A stretch of 64,000 nucleotides of DNA from the human T2T-CHM13v2.0 reference genome, Homo sapiens, in the NCBI RefSeq assembly GCF_009914755.1, contig NC_060936.1, one strand, 5' to 3'. Below the pieces are notes generated by a model. The model worked only from the letters and a program-made list of their open reading frames with translations, was not told the DNA's origin and ran no database searches. The translations under genes and the position numbers were made by a program. Each line of letters opens with the position of its first letter. Within the stretch, counting starts at the first letter, position 1. Shown piece after piece: positions 1 to 36,400 of this stretch.

Positions 1-109
1 AGCACTAAGATAAGGGTAGGTAACAAAGTAAGGAAGAAAGGGAATTAAGGTGAGAGAAAGGCAAAAGCAGAGGGGAAACCTTCTCAAGAAAGGGAGTAAT
101 GCTGAAGAA

Positions 110-2054
110 TTTAGAGAGTTGAGTAAAAGGTTTATTATTAGTGCAGTCAACACCATGGAACAGCACATACAACACAACCAGCAACCTGCAGAGACACTAG
201 TGCAAAGGGTAGGGAAGCCTTTCACTGAGCTTCCTGGCTCCATCTGAGGGTAAGGACAGGACAGTATGAGCCTTGGTTAAGGCAGGTAGGGGAAAGGGGA
301 GTGGAAGAAATGTAGTAACCAGAGTAAGTATAGCAGCGTTTTCAAATTCCTGAGCACAATGTCCCAGAGCTGGAACCCTACTCCCCTCAAGCTTTCCACC
401 CCAATCCCAGTGGAGCCATGATCCAACTACCCAGACCTGCAGCAAGCTAGCCTGGAATAAAATTCTGAGAGGAAGCCATTACATGGTGGGGAGGAGCCTT
501 TCTATCTCCAACCACACTCCCACCTCCATATTAAAATAATCACACCTATTATCTCTCCCCTTCTCTTACTCTGCCAGTCACTCTAGGGATCAAGGTATAC
601 CCCAGGTAACCTGAAATGGAACTGAAGTCCCCAGGGGGGTGTGGGTGAGACACGGCACAGCCTGTACTTAGAGATAAAATTTCTGATTTGCATGGTGAAG
701 CTTAGAACCCAGCTATACAGCTCCAAGGAAACTTGGGGAAGGGGGAGTTGCCTTCAAAATGAATACTCTAAATCCAGAGTTTTATGATAAGGCCCTGGAA
801 GGGCTAGGAGGAAATTTTTCCAGAGGGCACAGGCATCGATGCTGGACTGTCATATCCTTCACAGGAAGAGAGGAAGCTCCTCATTTCAGTTGGGGTTACA
901 GAGGTTTGGGGCAGATATCGTAAGTTCAGCCGAGGACTCCCTTGGCTCTTCCTATATTAAAGCCAAAGGTTGTGCTGAAAAGGAAAAAATATAAAACACA
1001 CCCCCATCCCTGTCCCACCCTATCCAGAACCCCCACAATAGGAACATCAAAAGAAAAGTTTCAAGTTTGATTTTTTTTTCTTTTTTCCTTTCTTAAAAAA
1101 AAAAAAGGAAGTAAATAAATTAAATTGCCAACAATGTGGCTGAGATAGCCATGATCAGGCCATTCTTAAAAAAAAGAGGGGGGGGGGCAGTAGGTGGAGT
1201 TTGTGAAATATAAACAAACAATGGCCAAAGAAAATTATCAAAGTAACTAACTACAGTCACAGGGCTAGAGAGGGGTCTATGGAACAATTATGGCCTGTGC
1301 CACAAGAGGCAGTGCCAACCATATTTTAGCAAAAGCTAGGAGTAGCTTCTTGCTAAACACATCAACCCCCAACAGATTAACCCCTACCCTAAACCCTGGC
1401 ATTCCCTAATTATGAAAACTTGTAGGAAAGAAGAGCTCATCTGGAAATTTTCAGTATCCCAACCTGCATACTGGTAGACCCAGTGGGTGCCTACACCTTT
1501 AAGGTGGGCTGAACAGGGATACTGCTTGGCACAGAGGTCCAGTCTTTCCCTAAGGGCCATCAGTGATGGCCAATTAACGGCCTCACTACTTATTTCTAGA
1601 GATTTGGCTCCACCCTTACCATTTCTTCAGGATGTCTGCTGCTTAGAGTCAACAGGCCTGACTGCTCTGATTCCCTGGTTTTGGAGGAGAGGGACGATTA
1701 GAGATTCCTTCCTCTGTCCTGATCCTCCAGGGAAATTGAATCTCTTTGTGCTTTCTGAAAATAACTGGAACCAGGGACCCTAAGCAGGAAAATGGATGGA
1801 GGTGGGGGCTTTCCCACCCAGACTGATAATTTATAGACATTTTAGGGGAATATGGCAAAGGGAGGAAATCTGGGTTTCCCACCTGAAAGGCTGAGCAAAC
1901 TACCCCAAGGCCCTTCAGTGCCAGAAGGGCAGGGAGATGTGTGGCTCAGGTATAAGCCACAGTATTAAGAATGGTGGGTAGGACTCAGGTCCCAGCTGCT
2001 GGAGTGATGGGATTTTCTGATTTCCATCTCTTCCTGATAGCCAGTCGAGTTCTC
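110..2054 (-). other. RNF41: RNF41 3' UTR with candidate poly(A) signal AATAAA (plus-strand TTTATT 131-136)
   Basis: Follows the stop at 2055 on the minus strand. TTTATT at 131-136 is seen directly. The cleavage site is approximate and longer isoforms may run out of the window. Confidence 0.65.
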
Positions 2055-9653
<7,599 letters not shown>

Positions 9654-9795
9654 GTCTCATCACTGAAACCCAGGTCCTGAAAGGACAACAGGAAAAAGAG
9701 GCCAGTTCAGAAGAAGCCTACAAATATGTGACAAACATACACTCATTGTCAAGATCCATTCATTTATCCAACAAATATTTACTGGGAGTCTACTA

Positions 9796-13160
<3,365 letters not shown>

Positions 13161-13213
13161 AGCAAAATGCATAGATCCATAATACATTATGTGTACAGGA
13201 TGATGCTTTAATG

Positions 13214-13529
13214 CAGAGGTCCCCAAATCCCCAGATGGACCAGTACCAGACTGTGGCCTATCAGGAACCGGGTCGTACAGCAGGAGGTGAGCAGGAAACA
13301 AGCGAGCATTAAGGCCTGTGCTCCATGTCCTGTCAGATCAGCAGCGGCATTTGATTCTCATTGGAGCATGAACCCTATTGTGAACTGCCCATGCGAGGGA
13401 TCTAGGTTGCCCACTCCCTATGAGAATCTAATGCCTGATGATCTGAGGTGGTAGAGTTCCATCACAAAACCATCCCCTCGCCCACCATCTGTGGAAAAAC
13501 TATCTTCCACAAAAAGGCTGGGGATGCTG
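13214..13529. mobile_element. MER1-type (MER1B-like) hAT-Charlie non-autonomous DNA transposon
   Basis: Termini CAGAGGTCCCC...GGGGATGCTG. Internal MER1 signature (TCCTGTCAGATCAGCAGCGGCATT...GAGAATCTAATGCCTGATGATCTGAGG). Perfect 8-bp TSD CTTTAATG at 13206-13213 and 13530-13537. Confidence 0.85.
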
Positions 13530-13569
13530 CTTTAATGTTTCCAAAGTGCTTTCACATAAATTATTATTA

Positions 13570-16365
<2,796 letters not shown>

Positions 16366-17329
16366 CAAGAATGCAAAATAAATTTAGAGTACTGAGAGTC
16401 GGAGAGGAAATGCTTGACAAAAGCTTGTTCCTTCTTTTTACTAGAAGGCAGGGCTAGCCACAGGTCGGTCGGCTTAACATTGCATCACTCACATTCCCTA
16501 CCACTAGTCCACTACATTCTTATTTGGGGCAAAACTATCAGCCAACAACACTATCAGTCTCTTGCCCTATTGTCAGACTCTAAAACCCCTGTATAGAAAG
16601 GGATAACACTATCACGGGCCAGTCCCCAAGAACAGTGGCCTCAATAACAGCCCCACTTGCTATTAAATGAAATGAAGTTTCTGAACGGGGAAGCAGTCTG
16701 TCAATCCCTCAAGCAAAACGCCTTCACCCCTCCTGGCTTTCTGCTCTTCCTCTAGCCCCCTCCTCCCCACTACCCAATTTCCCAAAGTCCTGAGTTAGGG
16801 AAGGCCTTCCAGTGTGTGGTGTGTGAACCCTGCCAGAGAGCCAGGCTGCAAACCAAGCGCAGGGATGTGAAGAATGTGAGATTCCTTCATGGAGGGCTGG
16901 GAGGGGGTGAGGAGCGGGGAAGGAATGAGAGGACAAGGCTGCCAACGACAAGGCATGGGAGAGGAGCCAAGCTATGGCGCTTCGAGGGCGGGGGTTTAGG
17001 TTCCACCGCCCCTGCCCAGGCTGGCCCCCGGAATGCTCCCTTCCTCCCCTTCTGGCCCGTCAATCATTGCCCATTTAAACACCACGCTGTTCCCCCAGGT
17101 CTGCAGGTGCCGGTCCTCCAGCTAGCCCCGGCCCCCTCCCGCACTTCTCAAAGCTCCCCTATTCCAATGGACCTTCCCCAACAACCCGTTCTCCAGAGCC
17201 CCCTTCTCACCTCCCGACTCCTCGCCAGTGCTGCTCCCTTCTCACATTTTTATCTCTACCACCATCCCTCCTCCTGAACCCCAGTTATTTCAACCCCCCG
17301 CCCCAATACCCCTGGGACATCACCTCCTC

Positions 17330-18100
17330 CCCTCCCACACCCTCTTTTAGGTGGAAGATCGCGCAGGCGCAGTACGCACCGCCCTGGAAGCGGCCTGGAG
17401 TCTCCGCAACCTGACCCAGTCGGAGCTGAGGCCGCAGCGGCCACAGTACTGCCCTGGTGCCGGGTCCCAGCCTCTCCCGGGAAGGGAAGGGAAAGGGGAA
17501 GGAGGGGAAAGAAGACTCCTACCACTCGTCGCCGCCTCAGACGGATCCTTTGCCCCGCCCACCGCTGCTACGCAACCCGGCGGAAGCTCGTCACCAAACC
17601 CCGCCTCTTTGTTTAACTCAGCCCCTACACCAGCAGCCAGGAGCTGCCTACGAGGAGGGACGAAGGCTGGCCAGGCCTCCACTCTAGACAGGAAGTCTAG
17701 TCTAGAGTCTATATGGTCCCAGCCAGGACTATGTAGCCATTTGGGAGGGAGAACTCTATGTTCTTCCCGGCAAAAACGTGTGGGCCTGGCCGGCCACGCT
17801 TCGCTTTGGAGGGGTGCAGGTGACTTGTGTCTTAGAGCTGACGCAGATTGTTGCGAGATCATTGCGGAGAGGCAGGCCTGCAGCGTGACCTGCTGCGGGT
17901 CCGGCCCCTCTCCCTTTTCCAGAGCCCTGGTCAGCATCCCAGAGCTTCGTAACCCCTTGACTCCTGTCATGGGAATGGATATTGCAGTTAACAAGGCGGC
18001 CGCGGGGTGGGGAGTGAGGGAGTCTGACCGCAAAGCTTAGATCTGGGGTGCTCAACGGGTTGTCTGCCTCTCTCCCAGGCGCTCTCCTGCCGTATCCACG
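17330..18100. promoter_or_regulatory. CpG island / RNF41 promoter and first exon (~17380-17540, minus); probably bidirectional with an upstream NABP2 start
   Basis: High GC and CpG density. Minus-strand donor GCG|GTGCGT at 17379. ETS-like GGAAG motifs near 17580 and 17690. Plus-strand donor-like CAG|GTGACT near 17820. Confidence 0.7.
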
Positions 18101-18573
18101 ATGGCTCCCCGAACACTTGTGGAGTTCCCTGAAACACCTAAGAGGAAGGAAGGGAGAAAAAATTTCCCTCTTCCTGAGTTGGGGTTTGATTTCCTTAGCT
18201 TACAACACCGTGGTGTTGGGGATGTGGGCGGTAGAGAACGTGGGATCCAAGGGAAGTCAATGTGGAGCCTAAAGAGCTCCGTGAGCAGATAAGGGATTAA
18301 TTAAGCAAACCAAGGCATTACAATCACATGACTTCCTAGACTAATCTGGTATTAAATAGTATGGTATTTATTGTGGACATTGGCTAAGCAAATGCTAATG
18401 CACATTAATACACACATACACACATATCTTTATGTAATTTGTTTATACACAACAATACAGAGCTAGCTACCTTTTGTGGACAATTTGACAGGTCCCAAAA
18501 GGAACTAAAGTTTCAGGCCTCCTTTCTGCTGTCTTCTAGCGGGACTCTGAGATAAGTAAGATAAGAGTAGTAT

Positions 18574-19170
<597 letters not shown>

Positions 19171-19430
19171 AGGGACTAACAATGTTTCTCTCTTTGTCGC
19201 AGGTTCCATTTCTTCCAAGAAGGGTGAGCCTGCCTTTTGTCTCTGGTGTAAATGCCACTTTTCCCAGAGACCTTGACCAAGCTGGGTAGTGCATTAAAGA
19301 TGAGAACCCCAAATCAGGAACAAAGATAACGGTTAGAGCAATAAAAAGGGAGGAAACCGTGTGTGCCTACTGTGTGCAAGGCACTTTTTTAAATATAACT
19401 TCCGTTTTCTCGTAAGATGGAATTACATAT

Positions 19431-19572
19431 TTTTTGTCTTTTTTTCCCTTTTTGTGGAGAATGGGGTCTCGTTATATTGCCCAGGCAGGTCTGGAACTCC
19501 TGGACTCATGCTATCCTCCAGCCTATGCCTCCCTACGTGCTGGGATTACAGGCGTGAGCCACCGCGCCTTGC
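19431..19572 (-). pseudogene. BC200 (BCYRN1)-type processed retrocopy
   Basis: Minus strand reads ...GGAGGATAGC...AGACCTGCCTGGGCAATATAACGAGACCCCATTCTCCACAAAAAGGGAAAAAAAGACAAAAA, matching BC200 diagnostics as recalled. 13-bp TSD TGGAATTACATAT at 19418-19430 and 19578-19590. Confidence 0.75.
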
Positions 19573-19829
19573 GGAATTGGAATTACATATGTTTAAATAG
19601 TCGAGAAATGAAGTGAAGCATTGAGCCAGGATTCAAACTTTTGTCCGCCAGATTCCGAAGCCCTTGCTCCTTTTCCCATTGTGTCACTCTTTGGAAAGAA
19701 ACGTCTTAGAACCTAAGTGCATTCTCCCTAGCCAAGTTAAGGAAAACTGGGGGCCCTGTGCGCCTTCTAGTGGTGGATTTTTCCCCCTACAGAGCCAACT
19801 ATCTCCAAGGTTCCTTTAATACCTGAAAT

Positions 19830-20220
19830 TCGCCCCCTTCGCGGCGCACGAGTCTCTGATCCCGATTGGCTGGGCAGGGCAGGCGGCGGGACGCAGGGCG
19901 CGCCCGGGCGGTGCTGATTGGCCGGAGGAGGCTAGCCGGGGGAAACTTCCGGGAATGTCCGCACTCCCGCGTTCCACGGGGCAGCATCCGGCGGCAGCGG
20001 AGCCTGTGGCTCCCCCTGCGGGCTGCTCAGCGGCGTGCACAGTCCTGCCGGCTGGCTTGGGTGGGTGGTGGGCTGCGGGTAGGGGAGGGGATGGACCGAG
20101 TCCCGGCTTGTCGGGATGAGGGTTCCGGAAGATCTGGCCAGTAAGATTCTACTCCCTGGCTGTGCACCGGGTTCCCTACCCCTGTCTACGTCGGCTCCGC
20201 CACTTCGCGGCTTGAGACTA
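19830..20220 (+). promoter_or_regulatory. NABP2: NABP2 proximal CpG-rich promoter and non-coding exon 1
   Basis: Two inverted CCAAT boxes (ATTGG at 19865-19869 and 19917-19921). ETS motif ACTTCCGG at 19945-19952 overlaps the GAS-like TTCCGGGAA at 19947-19955. Donor CCA|GTAAGA at 20141. Confidence 0.7.
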
Positions 20221-20379
20221 AAAGAGCATCCCGGCAGGGGGCCTTCCAGCCCCAAAGCAGCCTGTCCAGAGACCCCCAAATTCTGATCCTGAAGTTGGAG
20301 GCCTCCGGGGATGTTCTTTTTTAATCTTTTAGAAGGGTTAGAGGGGTTGAGGCTGCCTGACCCCAGCCTAATGGGGTAG

Positions 20380-24846
<4,467 letters not shown>

Positions 24847-25006
24847 CATGACATTCTTTCTTCCTGCCACCAACCACATCCCAAGTGTCCCCTGGAGAGC
24901 AAGATAGCCTTCCACTGATTGGCTGGTGTAGCAGTATTTTAGCCACTGAACTTCAGTGGAGGGTGGTGAGCAGTGTCCTTATCCACCCTAATCTCATACT
25001 CCCTCA

Positions 25007-25438
<432 letters not shown>

Positions 25439-25460
25439 CTAACTGAAGTCTCTCCTTCCT

Positions 25461-25466
25461 AATAAA
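25461..25466 (+). terminator. NABP2: NABP2 poly(A) signal AATAAA
   Basis: AATAAA about 615 nt after the stop codon, followed by the GT-rich TCTGTGTTGG. Confidence 0.8.
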
Positions 25467-25639
25467 TGTTACCACTCTACTCTGTGTTGGACTCCTTTGC
25501 TTTCTGTGGGAAAAGGAAGAGGTTAGCAACTAGGCATTTGGGAAGGTGGGGTGTCCCTAGAAGGTGGAAGGAAAATAGGTTACAGGTAAGGAGGCCCAGG
25601 CAAAGCAGACCTGCCCCTTTAAGGTAGTGTCCCTCCCCT

Positions 25640-26900
25640 ACCCCCTCCCTGCAGGTGACCCTTGCCCGCCTGCCTGCCTGCCCCCCCCAGCTGGAACCAA
25701 GAAGGTTGTGTCCCCCTTCCTCTGGGTGTCCTTGTCTCCTGCTATCAGGTAATGCCAACCTCAACCCCCTGGACCAGTCACCCCGATCAGACTTTGCTTG
25801 CCTGATTTTAGGCCAGGTCAGACATCAGAGGAGAGCCCAGATCCTTGTTTCCTCTCCCCCCGCAGGGCTTCCCCTTTCTTGGTCATCGATCCCTAGAGCT
25901 CTGGCTCTTTCTCTTCTTGGGGTGAGAAACTGCTAAGAACAGTTTATTTCCCATGCATGCATCTGGGCTTGCCACTGATCTGCCTTTTCCCCCCTCCTCC
26001 CCAGGTTAGGGACACCTGGGTCCAACCTTCCCAAGGAATATGGGGATGGGGGTTGGAGATGAAGTTTAGTGCTAGACTGTAAGGTAGGTGGGGTGGAAGT
26101 ACATGAGGGAAAGGGCTAAAATGGTACTAATGGTGTTAAGGATAGGGTGAATTATTTAAGAGGAAAAAGACTAGGCCCAGGTTCTCCTTAGCCATGTGGC
26201 TTTCCCAGGGCAGAGGGTGGCCCCTCCCTACCCAGGGGCCCAGCAGAGACTGACTTTTGATCCCTACCCCAGAGACCAGTGAACCATTAACTCCTCTCTT
26301 ATGTGAGCCTTCACACACTGGCCCCACCCCTGACCCCGCCCCAAGGCAGGTGGGCTAGGAGGGGGTGCATGTCCATCTCAGCCTTCTATGTGACGTGGCC
26401 TCCGATCCACCTGGACACCTGGAGGCTAAGCCTGGATTCCCCCTTCCCTGACTCAGGAACTGCTTAACGTCTACAGCAAGGCCTAATAGGGGACCTGAGG
26501 TGACAGCTCTTATGTTGCCAGTAGGGGTGAGGCCCTGGGGATTGAGGGGGGATAAAGAGGTGGGGCAAAGTTGAGGGGTGGGGTTTAGGGGACAAGGAAT
26601 GGACGGTCAGCTCTGGATGAAGTATGAGGAGAGCTCTGACTCAGGGAGGTGCTCCAGGAACCAGCAAACAAGAGGCTGCTCCCGCAGGAGGCAGTGTGAA
26701 GGGAGAAAGAAGGCTGCAGTAGGGGCTGCTGCTGGACTCGGTGGGGAGCAGGTGCAAGGAGCTCTGGCTCCCCCATGGACCTGAGCTGGAGAGCAGAGCG
26801 CAGCTCCAGCCCATTCCTCATTCTTCCAGGGCACAGTCCTCAGGATGTTTCGGGGAGAATAGGAGCCAGAACCTGAGCCCCTAAGCCATTCCCCTCACCA
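25640..26900 (+). other. SLC39A5: SLC39A5 promoter and 5' UTR exons (to 25748; 25866-25921; 26830-26900)
   Basis: Donors CAG|GTAATG (25749) and GGG|GTGAGA (25922). Acceptors CGCAG (25865) and TTCCAG (26829). DR1-like element at 25656-25668. Confidence 0.6.
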
Positions 26901-33356
<6,456 letters not shown>

Positions 33357-33414
33357 TGGGGCCAGTGGAAAGGGGTCGGGTTGCCCTTCCTTCCCCCCAA
33401 CCACAGGAATGGAG

Positions 33415-36400
33415 GCGGGACACAGGGCCAGTAGGAGCAATAGGATTTTAATAAACAGAACCCATCCCAAAGCCATGACTACGACAGTTGTACTTGCACC
33501 AAAACAGCATAGAAAACCAGAGTGTGGTGGGAGGACCCGAAGCCGGTTGGGGGAGGATGTGAGTAGGGGCCTGGAGGGTGCAGGGTCATTAATCTGCGGG
33601 GAGAACATTGTGCTTTAGCCCAGGGAGGGGAGGGGTGGGGCAAATGCACCGAGGTCCCCACTTTTTCCTGCTGCCCTCGGCACCCTGGGGATGCAGGCAT
33701 CTGGGCACATCTGCCCCTTATTGCTGCCCACCAGCGTTAAACGCCCCCGATCCCAACACTAGCACCACAGGTGGTTCCGGGGCAGGGAGAGGCAGGAATG
33801 GGAAAATTGCTTAGAGAAAGATTCCACTAGAATCCAGTGAATTGTGCTCAGTTCTCTTTACTTCCTACAACCGAGTACATGGGTCACAGGGTGGAGGGTG
33901 CAACAGGACATGGAACATGCCCCTCCGTGCCCCCCAACACACACCTGCACACAGGATGGTGGTGTCTGCAGCATCACAGGTCATGCAGGGCATGGGGAAG
34001 GGGAGGTTCACACACACATAGATGCCCACAGCGGGTACCAGACGGAGAACACCCCTGAATATACATAGCTGTACATGGGGAACCCCCAGGTCCCCACCCC
34101 AACCCTCTCCCCTGTCTTGCTGTCCCCCGCAGGGGAACTATATTGCTTTGAGAGAGCCACCCCAGGGGCTGCTCTGCCAGGCACCCTCCCCTCCCACCCA
34201 CCCCCATTTTGGCACATCTGCAAGACACACAGCAGCGAGAGTAGGCACCCTCCCTTCCCAGGCTTCTGTGGCCTGGAGCTGGAGAAGGGGGTAGGAGACT
34301 TCATCCTCCATCCTCCCCTAACCCTTCCCAAACCCCTGCCAAACCCACTCAAGCCAGAACCCACCCCCACCCCCCAAACACACATACAAAGCTGAGCTAT
34401 CCAGGAACACAAGGGAAACAAGGAGATTGTCCAGGGTGGGAGCGGAGGCAGCGGGGGAAGAAGACTGGAAGCAGAGACCTCCCCCCTTGTGGGGGGCAGA
34501 CTGGCACAACAGCTACTTTAGTGCAATTGGAGAGGGTGCCCAGAGTGAGAGGTGGAGAAGGGAGGGAAGGCGGTCCCCAACTTCCCTGGGGGCAAAGTCA
34601 GGCTTCCAGATTCCCCAGGGAAAGGGCCTAGCAGGAGTGGGTGAGGGCCAAGGTGGATCCTCTGGTTACCCGCCACCCTCTGCCCTCCCAAATGCAGTGA
34701 CAGTGTCCCCCTCACACCTAAGTGGGCAACAGCAGCCTTGGAGTCAGTACCTTCAAGTAATTCAAAGAGCAGACCCTCCCCACCCCAGCTTCACCCCATC
34801 TCTGGGATTTGGTCGCTTCTCTAGGGGTTGGGTTGGGAGGAGGGAGCCCCCAAGGCAGACCCTTCCCTCTCTACCTCCCGATTCCCAGACCACTGGGCTT
34901 GGTCCTCAAAGATTCCTCACCTCCGCCCTTGCCCAACCTGGGTCAAGGCTGCAGAAGGCTGGAGCCACCACAATTAGAGGGGAAGGGGCTGCTTTGTTCC
35001 TTATCCCTCCTTCTTAAAAGGTAGGGTTCAAACTAGGCGGGATGGGGGCCCATACTGGTTTGCCCCAGGAGTAGGGTTTCTGGGCTAGGGTCTGTAAGGC
35101 TATTTTCCTTTGCGGTGGGAAGGGGAGGTAGGGGATGAACACTGGGTATGGGAAGTGGGTGAGAAATGGCTGAGAGGGAAGGAGGAAGGGGCCTCCCCGC
35201 TGGAGCAGTCACTGGAGTCATTTAGACAAAAACACTCATGTGCATAAGATACACAGTGCGCAAACTCAGCCCTGCCAGCCCGGCCCCAATCCCACCTCTC
35301 AGGACTCCTTCCAAGACCCTGGAGGAGGTTCTGGGGATACAGCTGTAGAACCGTTCACTCTGGCCCCATCCACCCCACCTCCAGCCTCTTCTCCCCTTCT
35401 AGGTCCAGGGAGTAAGAAGGTGCTCGGGTGGGCAGACAGTGGTGGAAACAGTATTGAGTTTTCCTTTGGTTACATATTGAAGGCAAAGGTGAGCTGGACT
35501 TACAGTCAAAACGGATAGGGGTGAGGAAGGAAGAGGGGCCATGGCTGGGGTTGGAGAGGGAGGTAGGCCCTCCTCAGCCCCTCCACCCCAAGAAACACAT
35601 CTACGTGGGGTGGCAGTCCCTCAGTCTTTTCTCTCCCACGCCCCACAGCACCAAACAAAAGGAGAAGCCCCCTCCCCCAGGGGCTGCTCCCCACCCCAAC
35701 CTGGGCTGTACATTCAGTGGTTTTCAGCAGTCCTATGGCTCAGGGGGCCACGGGGCAGGGGAGGTGGCCCGTCAGTCTCAGTGGACAGTGGCAGTGACCC
35801 GGGTCTGCTGGTCCTTCCTGGGACCCACGGTTTGTGCCATTCGTTTTTCTGAAGGATAGTATATGACCCTACCAGAGCCACCGCCCAATCAGAAATAGCT
35901 CCCCCAAAATCAGAAACTAAAAACTGGCTCTTTCCATCTCACCCTCTGATTCACACGTCTGTTTCCCTGTCTCCTATGTCGCCCTCGCTCTGTTTCCTTT
36001 GCTGGGACCTGGGGCTGCTCCCAGGGTCCTCGCTTAAAATAGGCCTTTTCACAAAAGTGCTTATTACTTGAAGCAAGTGCTTTAGGGCTGCGGTGGGGAG
36101 AGGGGGGAGGGGGAGGGCAAAGGGAAGGCGCTGTTCCCTCCCCGCCCTCCCCCATGAAGACTGGGGGGCATTCTGCCTGTTTTACTTCTCCACACCCGTT
36201 TAAGTCAAAGAGGTTTAAAAAAAATCTTAACATTAAAATAAATATGCAGTGGCCATGAGAATGGTCAAAATGCTTCAAAAAACACTAGGGCTGGGGAGCC
36301 CAGGGTGGGGCGTGGGGTTTCCTTTGGCATAAGGAGAGGAGGCTGCTTGTCCCCCAGGCTTCCTCACAGCCACATATGGAGGGACAGAGGACTCCCCACC

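Noticed and set aside
17347-18040. 228-aa and 229-aa ORFs on opposite strands over the RNF41 promoter
   Set aside because: They lie in a GC-rich CpG island with few stop codons, use non-ATG starts, and have low-complexity translations with no recognisable domain.
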